Shown in pieces: positions 8,572 through 18,724 of a stretch of 64,000 nt of DNA (positions within the stretch are counted from its first letter, which is position 1; each line of letters begins with the position of its first letter). The stretch is from NCBI GenBank assembly GCA_963815095.1, contig CAWFFH010000003.1, forward strand, positions 1,056,001 to 1,120,000. Reading direction: 5' to 3'. The notes beneath the pieces were generated by a model. The model saw nothing but the letters and a program-made list of their open reading frames with translations. It had not been told where the DNA came from and searched no databases. A program made the position numbers and the translations under genes. This stretch comes from Candidatus Bathyarchaeota archaeon. GTDB lineage: Archaea; Thermoproteota; Bathyarchaeia; Bathyarchaeales; Bathycorpusculaceae.

Positions 8572-9354
8572 TCAGAAGGTCTGTGCCGGCGGTGGAGGCG
8601 GTGGTGGTAGTGTTCTTGCTTTCATCGAATAGTAATAGAGTGTTATGGCTATTGCGAAGATTGGTGTTATCAGAGCTGTCAAAATGCCCGATATAAGGGG
8701 GCTTACTACGCCAAATGGAAAGGCGATTAATACAAAGACCCCGTTAAATATGGCAACAATGATGCCAAGCAAAAGCAATAAGCCGAAGGTTTTTTGCCAT
8801 CTATTGCTAACGAGCACGCGACTTCTTGAGAGGCTCCCTAAAACACCTGTACCCTCAAGCATGATGGCTGGGTAAATAAGCGAAAACATAAGCGCTATGA
8901 TTAATCCGGGAACAACAAACGCAATAAATCCCAGGACAATAAGAATACCCGTGATAATGCTTGCTGCTAACAAGGAAAGTAGTTTTAGCAATGTGAAATT
9001 GAAGGCTGTCTGCAGGTTTGCTTGTCCTCTCTCCAGTATATCTGAAGTAAATTTTACAGCTATTCCTGTGGTAACGCTGCTGGCGATCCAGCTTACGATT
9101 CCAGATAAAAATAGAGACGTTACGGTTGCTGCTAGGTAGGTTGGAAACCATGCCAAAAGCTGTTGCGATGTGGGATGGATTGGTGCTGCAGGGATGATTA
9201 TTGTTGATCTCACAGCTATTGTTACCAAGCCTGTTAGGATTCCTGCAGCTAAGAATGGAATCACGTACTGTACAAAATTTCGCGAATACAAATTGAAGGT
9301 TTGTGATAATATTTCGCCGATGGAGAGTTCGCGTAGGAGATTTTTGCTTTCCAC
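8572..9354 (-). CDS. Integral membrane protein of unknown function
   Basis: RELSIGEILS.TF.LY, SLSRS..LV motifs; about 5-6 TM segments; Pro-rich tail. Confidence 0.75.
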   Translation of the reverse strand: MESKNLLRELSIGEILSQTFNLYSRNFVQYVIPFLAAGILTGLVTIAVRSTIIIPAAPIHPTSQQLLAWFPTYLAATVTSLFLSGIVSWIASSVTTGIAVKFTSDILERGQANLQTAFNFTLLKLLSLLAASIITGILIVLGFIAFVVPGLIIALMFSLIYPAIMLEGTGVLGSLSRSRVLVSNRWQKTFGLLLLLGIIVAIFNGVFVLIAFPFGVVSPLISGILTALITPIFAIAITLYYYSMKARTLPPPPPPPAQTF

Positions 9355-9535
9355 TAACTTGACCTCAGTTTGTCGATATACTGTTTGAGCTTATTAATTT
9401 TGTCAGGAGTTGAATTTCCTTCCATCGGCCAATTGGGAACGTTTGGATTTGAACTCTTTACCTGTTGAGACATCTGCTGCTCTTTAGCGAATTCTACTTT
9501 TCAAATGTTTTTGATGCATTATTTGTTTTCGTAAG

Positions 9536-10300
9536 TCATAACCTCAAAGCTCGCCTTTGTCTAAAACGGTATATGAATTCTGAAATAGCAACGCCGAGGA
9601 AGGAAGAAAATAAGCCGAAGAGGACTACTGTGGTAAGACTGTTTGGTATTAGAATGGTTTCTGTGTGTTTCCAACCTATGCCGCTTTCATTCAATACCTG
9701 AATTTTTGCGATAGCAAAGATGGTAAAGTGAAAAACCAACCCTGCGACAAAAAGTGGCACAAGCATGGCAAGAGTCATCATTGGACCTTTGTACAGGTCA
9801 TATGAGCTATGAGAATGGGATCTTCTGATTGTTAGTTTCCACATTAAGGCTCCAGGCAAAATTAAGCTGAAAATAAAAGTCAAAAGTTGTAGTGCCATAA
9901 AGAATGGAATCGATTTAATACCAACTGCTACAGCAACGAAAAATGACCAAAAGGCTGGGTTCGCGAGAGTTAACACAAACCCCGCAAAACCAATAAGCAA
10001 TCCATCTGCCATACTCAAACTAGAAGGTTCAACGCCCTTCTCTTTGAAGGTTAAGAGAAATTGAGTCGCCAACTGCCCCTTCTCAGTCAACAAATATTTA
10101 CCATCAGAATCCTTCTGGATTAAGTCAGCTAATATCTTTAAGTGATAGTTGAATTTTCCCGTGTTTGATGCCTCAACTGCACCCATAAGATCCATGTAAG
10201 AGAGGCTCCCGCTTTGCCTTAACGTCAAAATTATTTTGCGGCGGATTGGGTGGTTGAGGACTTTTTGGAAGGAATCTATGTCAACGCTCATTTCTTTCAC
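9536..10300 (-). CDS. Membrane-anchored winged-helix (ArsR-like) regulator
   Basis: L.HPIRRKII...GKFNYHLKIL.DLI...Y.LTEKG wHTH followed by 4 TM helices. Confidence 0.8.
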   Translation of the reverse strand: MKEMSVDIDSFQKVLNHPIRRKIILTLRQSGSLSYMDLMGAVEASNTGKFNYHLKILADLIQKDSDGKYLLTEKGQLATQFLLTFKEKGVEPSSLSMADGLLIGFAGFVLTLANPAFWSFFVAVAVGIKSIPFFMALQLLTFIFSLILPGALMWKLTIRRSHSHSSYDLYKGPMMTLAMLVPLFVAGLVFHFTIFAIAKIQVLNESGIGWKHTETILIPNSLTTVVLFGLFSSFLGVAISEFIYRFRQRRALRL

Positions 10301-10329
10301 TGCTTAACATTTAAGAACTCGGAGATGTT

Positions 10330-10614
10330 GTGGGCGCTATTGCTGACCTTGCCAAAAACATCAAGGGCGTAATAGAAGTGCATAGCATCCGATTAAGGAA
10401 GCTTGGACCTTACATGACGGGTGACATGCATATCGTAGTCGAAGGTGATATGTTTGTGAAAGAAGCTGATGAAATAGCCACAGAAGTAGAAGAGAAAATA
10501 AAACAAGAATTTGAAGGTGTTATAGACATTAAGGTTAGAATAGAATCAAACATAGCTCATGACCGGCATTCGACAGATATAGAAATTAAAAAAGAGGAAT
10601 CAAAAGAAAAGTGA
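10330..10614 (+). pseudogene. Orphan C-terminal dimerisation domain of a cation diffusion facilitator (5'-truncated)
   Basis: IKGVIEVHSIRLRKLGPY..GDMHIVV...EA..IA..VE ZT_dimer pattern; TM domain absent; in-frame stop at 10312-10314. Confidence 0.6.
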
Positions 10615-10844
10615 ATTTTTGATAGGAGCTGATTTGAAAATAAGCTGTTTCACATTTACTTCAGAAGGACCTCAAAATATTTTCCATGTTGCCTATTTAG
10701 TGCTTTTTTAAGAAATTGAATTTATGAAGGGAAGAAACGTTGTTGAAGAGGGCCATTAACGATCCAGCCCCTGGTTGTAGCAACGTCATGCAATCACATA
10801 TATATTAATTCAAAGATTTCCAGTATAATTTTGAGGCGTTTAAA

Positions 10845-11135
10845 ATGAAGATTAGCGAATTACTTGAAAAAAATGTTTATGCTGAAGACTTAAATGTGGG
10901 AAAAATCACCGATATCGTTGTGGATATGGAAGAATTAAAAATAACTCATTTTGAACTTGAACTATCAAAAGAAGCCAGCGAACAAGTATTGGGAGTGACA
11001 CCCGGTTTACTTAAACCAGCTAAAAACATATTGGCAGTTTCAGCTATGGAAAAAGGGACAGCTTGCTGTAATGATAAAGGTGTTCAACTCAAAGTCTCGA
11101 AAGGGCAACTTGCAATCTATCTAAGACCAACGTAG
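10845..11135 (+). CDS. PRC-barrel domain protein
   Basis: ISELLEKNVY.....VGKITDIVVD motif. Confidence 0.7.
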   Translation: MKISELLEKNVYAEDLNVGKITDIVVDMEELKITHFELELSKEASEQVLGVTPGLLKPAKNILAVSAMEKGTACCNDKGVQLKVSKGQLAIYLRPT

Positions 11136-11293
11136 AAATATTTCCAGATATAGAAAAGTTTTCAGAAAATTTTTGGCACTTAGGACTTATGCACTGTTCT
11201 AGATTGCATTTGAGTGGTTTGCCTAAAAAAATAAAGTTACCCATATGCAAGACTGATTTGTTTTCAATGTTTCACTGGAGGTGAAGATTAAGT

Positions 11294-11686
11294 ATGAGGA
11301 TTGGAGATTTAATTCAGGAATCAGACTGGAAAACTGAGAAACATGTGCCCGTAATTGATAGCCCAGATGTGGTTAAGAAAGATGAGTTCTTCGAGGTTAC
11401 CGCAACCATTGGCAAAGAGGTTGCTCACCCAAACACCACTGCTCACCATATTAGCTGGATAACACTATATTTCCTTCCTGACGGCGAAAAGTTTCCTTAC
11501 CAGATAGGGAAGTTTGATTTTAACGCTCATGGAGCTTCAGCTCAAGGACCTGAAACCAGCACAGTATACACAAATCACAAAGTAACTGCATGGATGAAAA
11601 CAAGTAAGCCAGGAGTAATATTCGCAGTATCACTTTGCAATATACATGGCCTCTGGGAATATTCAAAGCAAATCAAAATAGAATAA
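11294..11686 (+). CDS. sor: Superoxide reductase (neelaredoxin / class II SORL)
   Basis: EKHVP, HPNTTAHHISWI and CNIHGLW iron ligands. Confidence 0.9.
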   Translation: MRIGDLIQESDWKTEKHVPVIDSPDVVKKDEFFEVTATIGKEVAHPNTTAHHISWITLYFLPDGEKFPYQIGKFDFNAHGASAQGPETSTVYTNHKVTAWMKTSKPGVIFAVSLCNIHGLWEYSKQIKIE

Positions 11687-11864
11687 AAAGGTACATTTCT
11701 GCCTAAGTTCCAAACAGGCTTAGACGAAGCTTGTATCCTCCCTTTTCATTTATTCAAAACTAAGTTTTTGATCAAAGTGTCAGAAATGTTTGTTAGTTGT
11801 AGGTGATTGCTGACTACAGAGTTTTATATTAATCTTCAAAATCACTATACAACAGGTGAATTGA

Positions 11865-12119
11865 TTGACTTGGGATAAAACAGATGATTATATTCGCAGT
11901 GTCCACGGTGATAAAAGTAAGTATGACTCGGACAGCTTCAGAACCATCACTATAGATGAAAAGGAAGGAATAAAAGCTATAATTGGCTGCCCCAAGGGAC
12001 ACTTTAAAGATGGACAATGCGAAACTGGAACTGAAATCGAGTCCTTTTTGTTCTCATTAGAAAACGGGTGGACTATGGAGAAAGCCAAAGACTGGTTTGA
12101 AAAGCACGAAAAAGGATAA
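11865..12119 (+). CDS. Small hypothetical protein, 84 aa
   Basis: Good RBS (AGGTGA); YIR...FRTITI.EKEGIKAIIG...SFLF....WTMEKAK.WFEKH. Confidence 0.7.
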   Translation: MTWDKTDDYIRSVHGDKSKYDSDSFRTITIDEKEGIKAIIGCPKGHFKDGQCETGTEIESFLFSLENGWTMEKAKDWFEKHEKG

Positions 12120-12248
12120 GAAAATAGAATGTAGAATCTGCGTACCTTTTTTCCTTACCAAAGCGGGAGTCTCCCTGCAAGTCACAAAGAAATATGCTAC
12201 TTGGAATCTATGAAACGTTTGTAATCTCAACTTTTTGAAGAGTTCCAG

Positions 12249-13250
12249 TTAAATGTTTAGGAAAAACACGATAGCACTTAAAACGCCAAAAAGCACTGCG
12301 AGAATTGCTATGGAGTACGCAAATTTTATTCTAACTTCTCCTTTCTTGTAGTAATGTCTTGGCGAAACGCCTCTGATCCTTAGTATAACGCTAGAGCCCA
12401 ACTCCAATCCAATCAAATATACGAATGTCAGAGTCAAGGCGCCGACAAAAAGACCAGCGTTTTCCAAAGCCAAACCTATTCCAGCAACCGTGGCAGGAGG
12501 AACAAGGGCAACAGCGATTGCGACTCCAACCAGCAATTCGGGAAGAGCCACAAACAAGGCCAATCCTCCCGCAAGCCCTATTACCAATGCAATTCCAATG
12601 TCGGAAAGAGAAGCATGCATACGCAAAACTATTTGACCCGAATTCAAAGGCACACTAACAAATTGTGAAACAAGAAAAGTTGTGACAGCAGACAAAATGA
12701 TTATAGCGCCTAAAAGACCAAGAATAGACAACTGACTAATGGCGACTTTGCGAAGTCTCCCTAAATTCGTATTGACTGCAAAGGCGTTTAAAGGACCCAG
12801 AAGAGGAGAAAGAAGCATGGCACCAATTACAATAGCAACATTGTCCAAAACAAGCCCGGCGAAAGCTACAAGAGTCGCAAACAACGCCATAGCTAACGTA
12901 TCTTTGTTTAGCCGTACGTGTTTGTCTGTCTGGCTAATCAGTCTTTCCAAAGGGTTCTTTTTGGATTTCTCCTTAGCGGCTTTCTCTGTGACTTTGTCAA
13001 GTGCAGTAGAAACAAAAGACTCTACGTCATAAACGCTAATTACATTTTCTTTAATTCGCAAGTCTATGTTTTTCGTTAACTCATCGATAGAATTGTCTAC
13101 AAGTTCGTCAGGCACAAGCACCGAAAAATTGCTCACAGTCTTGCCATCTTGAGTTCCAACTGAAGCAAAGACTGGGACATTTAGTTTTTCAAATGCTTCT
13201 TGAACCTTTTCAGCATGGTCTGTGGTTACCGTGACATTTATTCTCTTCAA
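12249..13250 (-). CDS. TIGR00341/DUF389 family membrane protein
   Basis: AIVIGAMLLSPLLGP and LVGVAIAVALVPPATVAGIG motifs. Confidence 0.9.
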   Translation of the reverse strand: MKRINVTVTTDHAEKVQEAFEKLNVPVFASVGTQDGKTVSNFSVLVPDELVDNSIDELTKNIDLRIKENVISVYDVESFVSTALDKVTEKAAKEKSKKNPLERLISQTDKHVRLNKDTLAMALFATLVAFAGLVLDNVAIVIGAMLLSPLLGPLNAFAVNTNLGRLRKVAISQLSILGLLGAIIILSAVTTFLVSQFVSVPLNSGQIVLRMHASLSDIGIALVIGLAGGLALFVALPELLVGVAIAVALVPPATVAGIGLALENAGLFVGALTLTFVYLIGLELGSSVILRIRGVSPRHYYKKGEVRIKFAYSIAILAVLFGVLSAIVFFLNI

Positions 13251-13421
13251 AAAACATCATATCTTTCTAGTTATGGAAGAATAAGAATCTTTTCAAGGCT
13301 TAAGATTATAAACAGTGGACTCGAATTTGGGGAAAGTCTTTTCATCTTTTGAGGCTTACAAACGACGATAAATTTTAAATATGAAGCCAGCTAAGCTCAT
13401 TTTGTTAGTCTGGAATTCAAC

Positions 13422-15323
13422 ATGGACTTTGAAATATTTTTCTTGTTTGCGGCTTGTCTTCTAATACTAATAGACATTGCTCTTTTGTCAAGAACGAAAT
13501 TAACCTCTAGCCGAAAAAGAATATGTCCCTTTTTTGCGGCTTTTTTTGCGTTTGCTTTAGTAATTGCCTCTTATTTGATGCTTCTTCAAGCTTTTATTAA
13601 CAACGATTTTTCCTTTGTTGGCGTGTACTCTTCCAGCTCTTCAAGTGCTTCTTTAATGTCAAAAATTTACTCTAGTTGGGCTGGAGCTGGAGGCTCGATG
13701 CTTTTCTTAACTGTTTTGCTAAGCATTTTTTATTTTGTATTGAGAATTTTAGGATTCAAAAAACCTAACAAACTTAACGCAATAACCTGCCAGGTCTTCG
13801 GCGTAGTTCTCTTTGTTTTCATAATTGTTTGTTTACTAAGAAATCCATTCGAACGTTTTTCCACTGCACCAATGGAAGGTATAGGTCTTAACCCGCAGTT
13901 GCAAAGTGTATGGATGGCGATTCATCCCCCAATTGTGTTTTCAGCATACGCGTTTGTGGTTTTGGCCTTTGCGTTAACGATAGCAAGTATGAAAACTGAT
14001 AGAGAACCTGATGATTCAAGACTATTCAAAGTTTCAACCTACGCGGCTTGGGGGCTTCTTACAATTGGGATAGCCCTCGGAGGGCTTTGGGCTTATGAAG
14101 TCTTAGGGTGGGGTGGATACTGGGCTTGGGATCCAGTTGAAACTGCTTCACTGTTGCCTTGGCTTTTTTTGGTGGCGTATTTTGTATTGAAAAATATCTC
14201 CAGTGCCAAGAAGAGCTTAACCCGGGAATTAATGATTATGATAGTATTTTCCAGCCTAGTTTTTTTGAGTGCCCTAACCCGTGGAGGATTGACTCAGTCA
14301 GTTCATTCCTATGCGGTATCGGCAATTGGTCCCATAATGCTCACTTTTGCGGTGGGAATGATTGTTTACTTCTTTTATGTAGCAAAAAGTAAAAGGAAAT
14401 CTCTTTTCCAATTGGAAGTTGATAAGTCATCTTTATCATCGCGTTCTTCCTATTTGGGCTTCTGGGCACTGATTCTAATATCCCTCGTCTGCCTAATAGG
14501 ACTGGCTTTTCCAGGTTTCGCCTTTAACTATTGGACCTACCCGTTTGTCGTTTTATTCGTCGTGGCTTTAATCGGATATAGCTTCAACGAGAAGACGCAT
14601 TACGCTCGCCAACTCCTAATAGTGGCTATTTCGTTAGTCGCGGGAGTAGCTATCTCGTTGATTGGATTTGCGTCTGTAAATATCCTTGTAACATTGACAG
14701 TTCCTCTTTTGATAGTGGCGTTTTTTTGCATAATCTACAAGCTGGCTAGAACCATTCGTCAGAGATCTTTACTTGGACAAAGAATATTCGCGTTAGCCGT
14801 AATTGTTTTACTCTTGGGAGTTTTTATGAGTGCGGGCGCAAAAACCGCAGTTACCTTAAATGACGTGAAAATCAACACACCACAAAAAACAATACAATCA
14901 GATATAGTGATTACGGGTATACAAATTGAAAACAGTACCACACAGGTTTACAATTCAGAAGCCAACGCCACTATACCCGAATATTCGTTTATAAAAGCTG
15001 ACATCACAATGCGAGATTCTGACAAAACTTATCAAGGAAGCCTTTATGCTATCTTATACCCAAACTACGGATTGGTAATTAAACCTCTAATAATCACGAC
15101 TGAAACTGGTGATCTTTATCTCCATGTCGAATTCACGGAATCGCTGTACGATACTCTATTGCAAACATTAAATGGAAATAGTGTTGCACCCAATGAAGTG
15201 TCAATTTCGGTTCAAAATAGTCCTCTTATCTACTTAGTTTGGGTAGGAGTTGTGCTTATGGCAGTCGGTATATCAATCCAGTTCGCGAGCGATCTATTTT
15301 CAAAAAGAGGATTGCGCTCTTAA
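13422..15323 (+). CDS. ccmF: Cytochrome c maturation heme lyase CcmF
   Basis: GLNPQLQ, IHPP, WGGYWAWDPVE (WWD domain), SVHS motifs; many TM helices. Confidence 0.9.
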   Translation: MDFEIFFLFAACLLILIDIALLSRTKLTSSRKRICPFFAAFFAFALVIASYLMLLQAFINNDFSFVGVYSSSSSSASLMSKIYSSWAGAGGSMLFLTVLLSIFYFVLRILGFKKPNKLNAITCQVFGVVLFVFIIVCLLRNPFERFSTAPMEGIGLNPQLQSVWMAIHPPIVFSAYAFVVLAFALTIASMKTDREPDDSRLFKVSTYAAWGLLTIGIALGGLWAYEVLGWGGYWAWDPVETASLLPWLFLVAYFVLKNISSAKKSLTRELMIMIVFSSLVFLSALTRGGLTQSVHSYAVSAIGPIMLTFAVGMIVYFFYVAKSKRKSLFQLEVDKSSLSSRSSYLGFWALILISLVCLIGLAFPGFAFNYWTYPFVVLFVVALIGYSFNEKTHYARQLLIVAISLVAGVAISLIGFASVNILVTLTVPLLIVAFFCIIYKLARTIRQRSLLGQRIFALAVIVLLLGVFMSAGAKTAVTLNDVKINTPQKTIQSDIVITGIQIENSTTQVYNSEANATIPEYSFIKADITMRDSDKTYQGSLYAILYPNYGLVIKPLIITTETGDLYLHVEFTESLYDTLLQTLNGNSVAPNEVSISVQNSPLIYLVWVGVVLMAVGISIQFASDLFSKRGLRS

Positions 15324-15528
15324 GGTTGTTGTTTATTCAAATTTAAGCGGAGAATATGATTTAATCGTAATTAGTGCAACAACGCCAACAAATTCTTGGA
15401 TGGATTGCCGAACAAACCTTTAGAGTTAAAAGGCAAGCCCTAATAAGACAATGTTGTAGCTAGCTCGGTACAGCATAGCTTTAAAAGGAAAACGTAAGAG
15501 AAGTTTCTTAGGCAGTTAGTGGTTTTTA

Positions 15529-16971
15529 ATGGCCGATGCGGAATCAAAGAAAAAAGTAGTTACAAATGGGTTAGAACCTGCTGATCTTAAGAGTGCCGAC
15601 TCTGTAGCTAAGTATTGGCTTTATTCTGCTGTCCTTTGGTTCCCAATTTTTGCAACGTTTGGAATGATAATGGCAATAAAGTTTTTTGTTCCAACGTTCC
15701 TTGTGGATTCTTCCTTCGACACATTCGGTAGAATCAGGCCCGCCCACGTCAATGGATTGCTTTTTGGTTTCTTATCTTCAGGCCTAATAGGCGCCATGTA
15801 TTACGTGGCTCCGAGATTATCCAATGTTTCTCTATACAAACCACTTCTCGGAAAGATTTCTGCAGTATTATGGAATGTCGGAGTCTTGGCGGGTGTGCTC
15901 TTGATCATGAGTGGAGATACGCAAGCTAGAGAATATGCGGAATTTCCATGGATTATAGATGTCATGATTATGATAACACTAATCATAATAGGCATCACAA
16001 TAATTGGCACAATAATAAAAAGAAATGAACGCAAACTCTATGTGAGTCTTTGGTTCTTTGCAGCTATATTTCTTTGGTTCCCAATTGTGTACTTCATAGG
16101 AAACGTAATGTGGCGTCCTCCAACAGGAGCGCTTTTCGGCTTAACAGATGCCATAGTTAACTGGTTTTACGGACACAACGTTTTGGGACTCTGGTTCACG
16201 CCCTTCGGGTTGGCGCTATGGTATTACTTTATACCTAAACTCTCAAAGCGAGCCCTCTATAGCGTTACTTTGTCTTTAATTAGCTTCTTCGCTCTAGCAT
16301 TCTTCTATACCGGAGTAGGAGGTCATCACTTGCTCCAATCCTCAATTCCAGAATGGCTAAAAACTATAGCCGTTGCAACAAGTGGACTAATGATGATTTC
16401 AGTCTTAACATTTGCCACAAACATAGGTATGACCCTTCGAGGAGCTTGGCACTCTATTTTAAGTAACGTCCCTTTAAGGTTCATCGTTTTCGGGTTCATT
16501 AACTACATACTTGTTTCAATTCAAGGCACTTTTCAGGCATTTCGCGATATGAACTTGTACTTACATTACTCGCAATGGCCAGTAATGCACTCCCATTTGG
16601 CCCTTTACGCATCTTTTGGAATTACGATAATGGGCTTAATGTATTGGCTGATACCAAGAATCTCAGGAAAGAAGCTCTGGAGCAAGAAATTAATGGATGT
16701 TAGTTGGTGGGTTACGCTTTTAGGTTTCATAATTTTTATGGCTGGGATGATGCTAGCTGGTTTAGTAGCCAACGCTAGTTGGTTCACCCATCAGACCATC
16801 GCTCAAGCCTTGCCAACATTGACACCTTACTTCATCGTAAGAGCAATTGGCGGTGGGATTGTTGTTGTTTCGGCTTTCCTTTTCGCGATTGATATCATAA
16901 TGACTATCTTGTCAAAACCATTATCATCTAATGAAAATTTGGAAACTGTTGGAGGTGTCCACAAAGAATGA
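15529..16971 (+). CDS. ccoN: cbb3-type (C-family) heme-copper oxidase catalytic subunit
   Basis: FGRIRPAHVN, REYAE, WFYGHN, helix-VII Y.G.GGHHL, HSH: all six heme/Cu His ligands and the C-family helix VII Tyr. Confidence 0.9.
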   Translation: MADAESKKKVVTNGLEPADLKSADSVAKYWLYSAVLWFPIFATFGMIMAIKFFVPTFLVDSSFDTFGRIRPAHVNGLLFGFLSSGLIGAMYYVAPRLSNVSLYKPLLGKISAVLWNVGVLAGVLLIMSGDTQAREYAEFPWIIDVMIMITLIIIGITIIGTIIKRNERKLYVSLWFFAAIFLWFPIVYFIGNVMWRPPTGALFGLTDAIVNWFYGHNVLGLWFTPFGLALWYYFIPKLSKRALYSVTLSLISFFALAFFYTGVGGHHLLQSSIPEWLKTIAVATSGLMMISVLTFATNIGMTLRGAWHSILSNVPLRFIVFGFINYILVSIQGTFQAFRDMNLYLHYSQWPVMHSHLALYASFGITIMGLMYWLIPRISGKKLWSKKLMDVSWWVTLLGFIIFMAGMMLAGLVANASWFTHQTIAQALPTLTPYFIVRAIGGGIVVVSAFLFAIDIIMTILSKPLSSNENLETVGGVHKE

Positions 16972-18581
16972 GCGATGCTGAAAAGAAGTTTGAGGACACA
17001 TTAGAGAAACTGGAAAAGAATGCTGAGCGAAAAGTAAAAATAATTAGGAAAAAAACTCAATATAAGAATTTGTTCCCACTTGTCGCAGGTGGAGTAGCAG
17101 TTTTTCTACTCATGGTAAGCATGGTTGTAGTAGCTCCATACATGTTTCTTTTGAACGTTCCTCCAAGCGAAACCGCTCACGTGTACACAACTCAACAAGC
17201 AGAAGGACGAAACTTGTTCATGACTTTGGGTTGCTTTTACTGCCACTCTCAACAAGTCAGACCTAGCGATTGGGGAATCGGCAATGTCTCTCAAGAAGGA
17301 GACTACGTGTACGATAGTCCCGCTGCCTTAGGTACAGAAAGGACTGGTCCCGATCTTGCACAAATCGGGGGAATGCGCCCAACCATCTGGCACCAAATGC
17401 ATGACAGAGACCCACGAAGCGTCAGCCCAGGTTCGTTAATGCCCAATTTCGGGTTCTTGAGTGACGCACAAATAGATGCGCTAACGGCCTATATTCAAAA
17501 TCTAGGTCAAGAAAACCTCCAAGTTGAAACTTCAATCACTAACGGATCCTCCTATCACCCTGCTGTACCGGATGAATATGTAAACGCAACAAACCAATTT
17601 ACACCAATGTTAATGACTGCCTTAGCGCAATATGACGTAGAAAATGACGCCTACGATGGAAACGCTACATTTGGAGATCAATGGGGCCTACTCTTTGATT
17701 CTGCTAAAGCTGATTATACACAGTTCTGCCTATCTTGCCATGGATGTTCAGGAAATGCACAAGGTCCATATGCTCGCCATGTAACAACTCAACCTGCAAA
17801 TCTGCATGAGCGTATAGCAACATTTCCTGGAGATAGCTATGATATCTGGCGAGTGAGCGGTGGAGTTCCTGGAACAGCTATGCCTGCATGGGACCTGACG
17901 CTAAATGCCACTCAAATCAGGCTCTTAGCAGCTTATGAGTTAAGTTTTGTTTTTGGTTCAGCTAGGACAATTTCAGGTGATATTTCCGACGCTGAAGGAG
18001 ACAACTTCGCTCAGACAGTTCTTAACACACCACCGATAAGTGGAACAATGCAGGATTACCAATCGGGAAAGAGTCTATACACCTTGTACTGCGCCCAATG
18101 CCACGGTAACGATGGACAGGGCGACGGACCTGCCTCAAGCAAGGTTCAAGGTGGCTACATTGTTCCAGTACCTGCCAACTTTACTGAGTCAGGGAGCGAT
18201 TTCATGTATTATGGTCGATACGTTTGGAAAGCGCAACAAGGCGTTGAAACAACAAACATGCCGCCATGGAAGTATGTTATGACTGACAACGAAATCTACC
18301 AACTGGTCTTCTACGTACAAACCTTCGCAACAGCCGAAGACTACAATACGAAATGGGCACCGCAATATACCGATCAATTTGCCCAAAACCTAAAAGGTGG
18401 TGTGGTCCAAGGGAGTCTGTTCACGAATCTGGGAACAAATCCAGCGGGCGCATTAGTAGCTTTCATCGCGGTTCTACTTTGGGATCGTAATTTTGGGCAA
18501 CTAAAAAAGCTCTACCAAACTTTGTGGATACAAAAATCATTTAGAAGCATAAAATTATGGAGGTTGATTCCGTGGACATAG
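16968..18581 (+). CDS. ccoO: cbb3 oxidase subunit II fused to two further cytochrome c domains (tri-heme)
   Basis: GCFYCHSQQVRP...RTGPDLA...PRSVSPGSLMP FixO domain; extra CLSCH and CAQCH, each with a downstream MP.W Met ligand. Confidence 0.85.
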   Translation: MSDAEKKFEDTLEKLEKNAERKVKIIRKKTQYKNLFPLVAGGVAVFLLMVSMVVVAPYMFLLNVPPSETAHVYTTQQAEGRNLFMTLGCFYCHSQQVRPSDWGIGNVSQEGDYVYDSPAALGTERTGPDLAQIGGMRPTIWHQMHDRDPRSVSPGSLMPNFGFLSDAQIDALTAYIQNLGQENLQVETSITNGSSYHPAVPDEYVNATNQFTPMLMTALAQYDVENDAYDGNATFGDQWGLLFDSAKADYTQFCLSCHGCSGNAQGPYARHVTTQPANLHERIATFPGDSYDIWRVSGGVPGTAMPAWDLTLNATQIRLLAAYELSFVFGSARTISGDISDAEGDNFAQTVLNTPPISGTMQDYQSGKSLYTLYCAQCHGNDGQGDGPASSKVQGGYIVPVPANFTESGSDFMYYGRYVWKAQQGVETTNMPPWKYVMTDNEIYQLVFYVQTFATAEDYNTKWAPQYTDQFAQNLKGGVVQGSLFTNLGTNPAGALVAFIAVLLWDRNFGQLKKLYQTLWIQKSFRSIKLWRLIPWT

Positions 18582-18724
18582 ACATGCTGATCTACATCAT
18601 CGGTGCATTAGGAATCACTTTCATAACTGCGGGTTTTGTGGTCTGGAGTTTTATAACCAAAGCGTATGAAGACAATGAGAATTTGAGGTTTAAACCGCTT
18701 GAGGAGGATGCAACAGAGCAATGA
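18572..18724 (+). CDS. CcoS/CcoQ-like small subunit or assembly peptide, 50 aa
   Basis: Manual translation MDIDMLIYIIGALGITFITAGFVVWSFITKAYEDNENLRFKPLEEDATEQ; GGAGGT RBS; overlaps both neighbouring genes. Confidence 0.7.
   Translation: MDIDMLIYIIGALGITFITAGFVVWSFITKAYEDNENLRFKPLEEDATEQ

Noticed and set aside
15529-16971. Nitric oxide reductase (NorB) call for the heme-copper subunit
   Set aside because: Lacks the NOR helix-VI HLWVE Glu, has the C-family helix-VII Tyr, and is followed by a FixO-type subunit.
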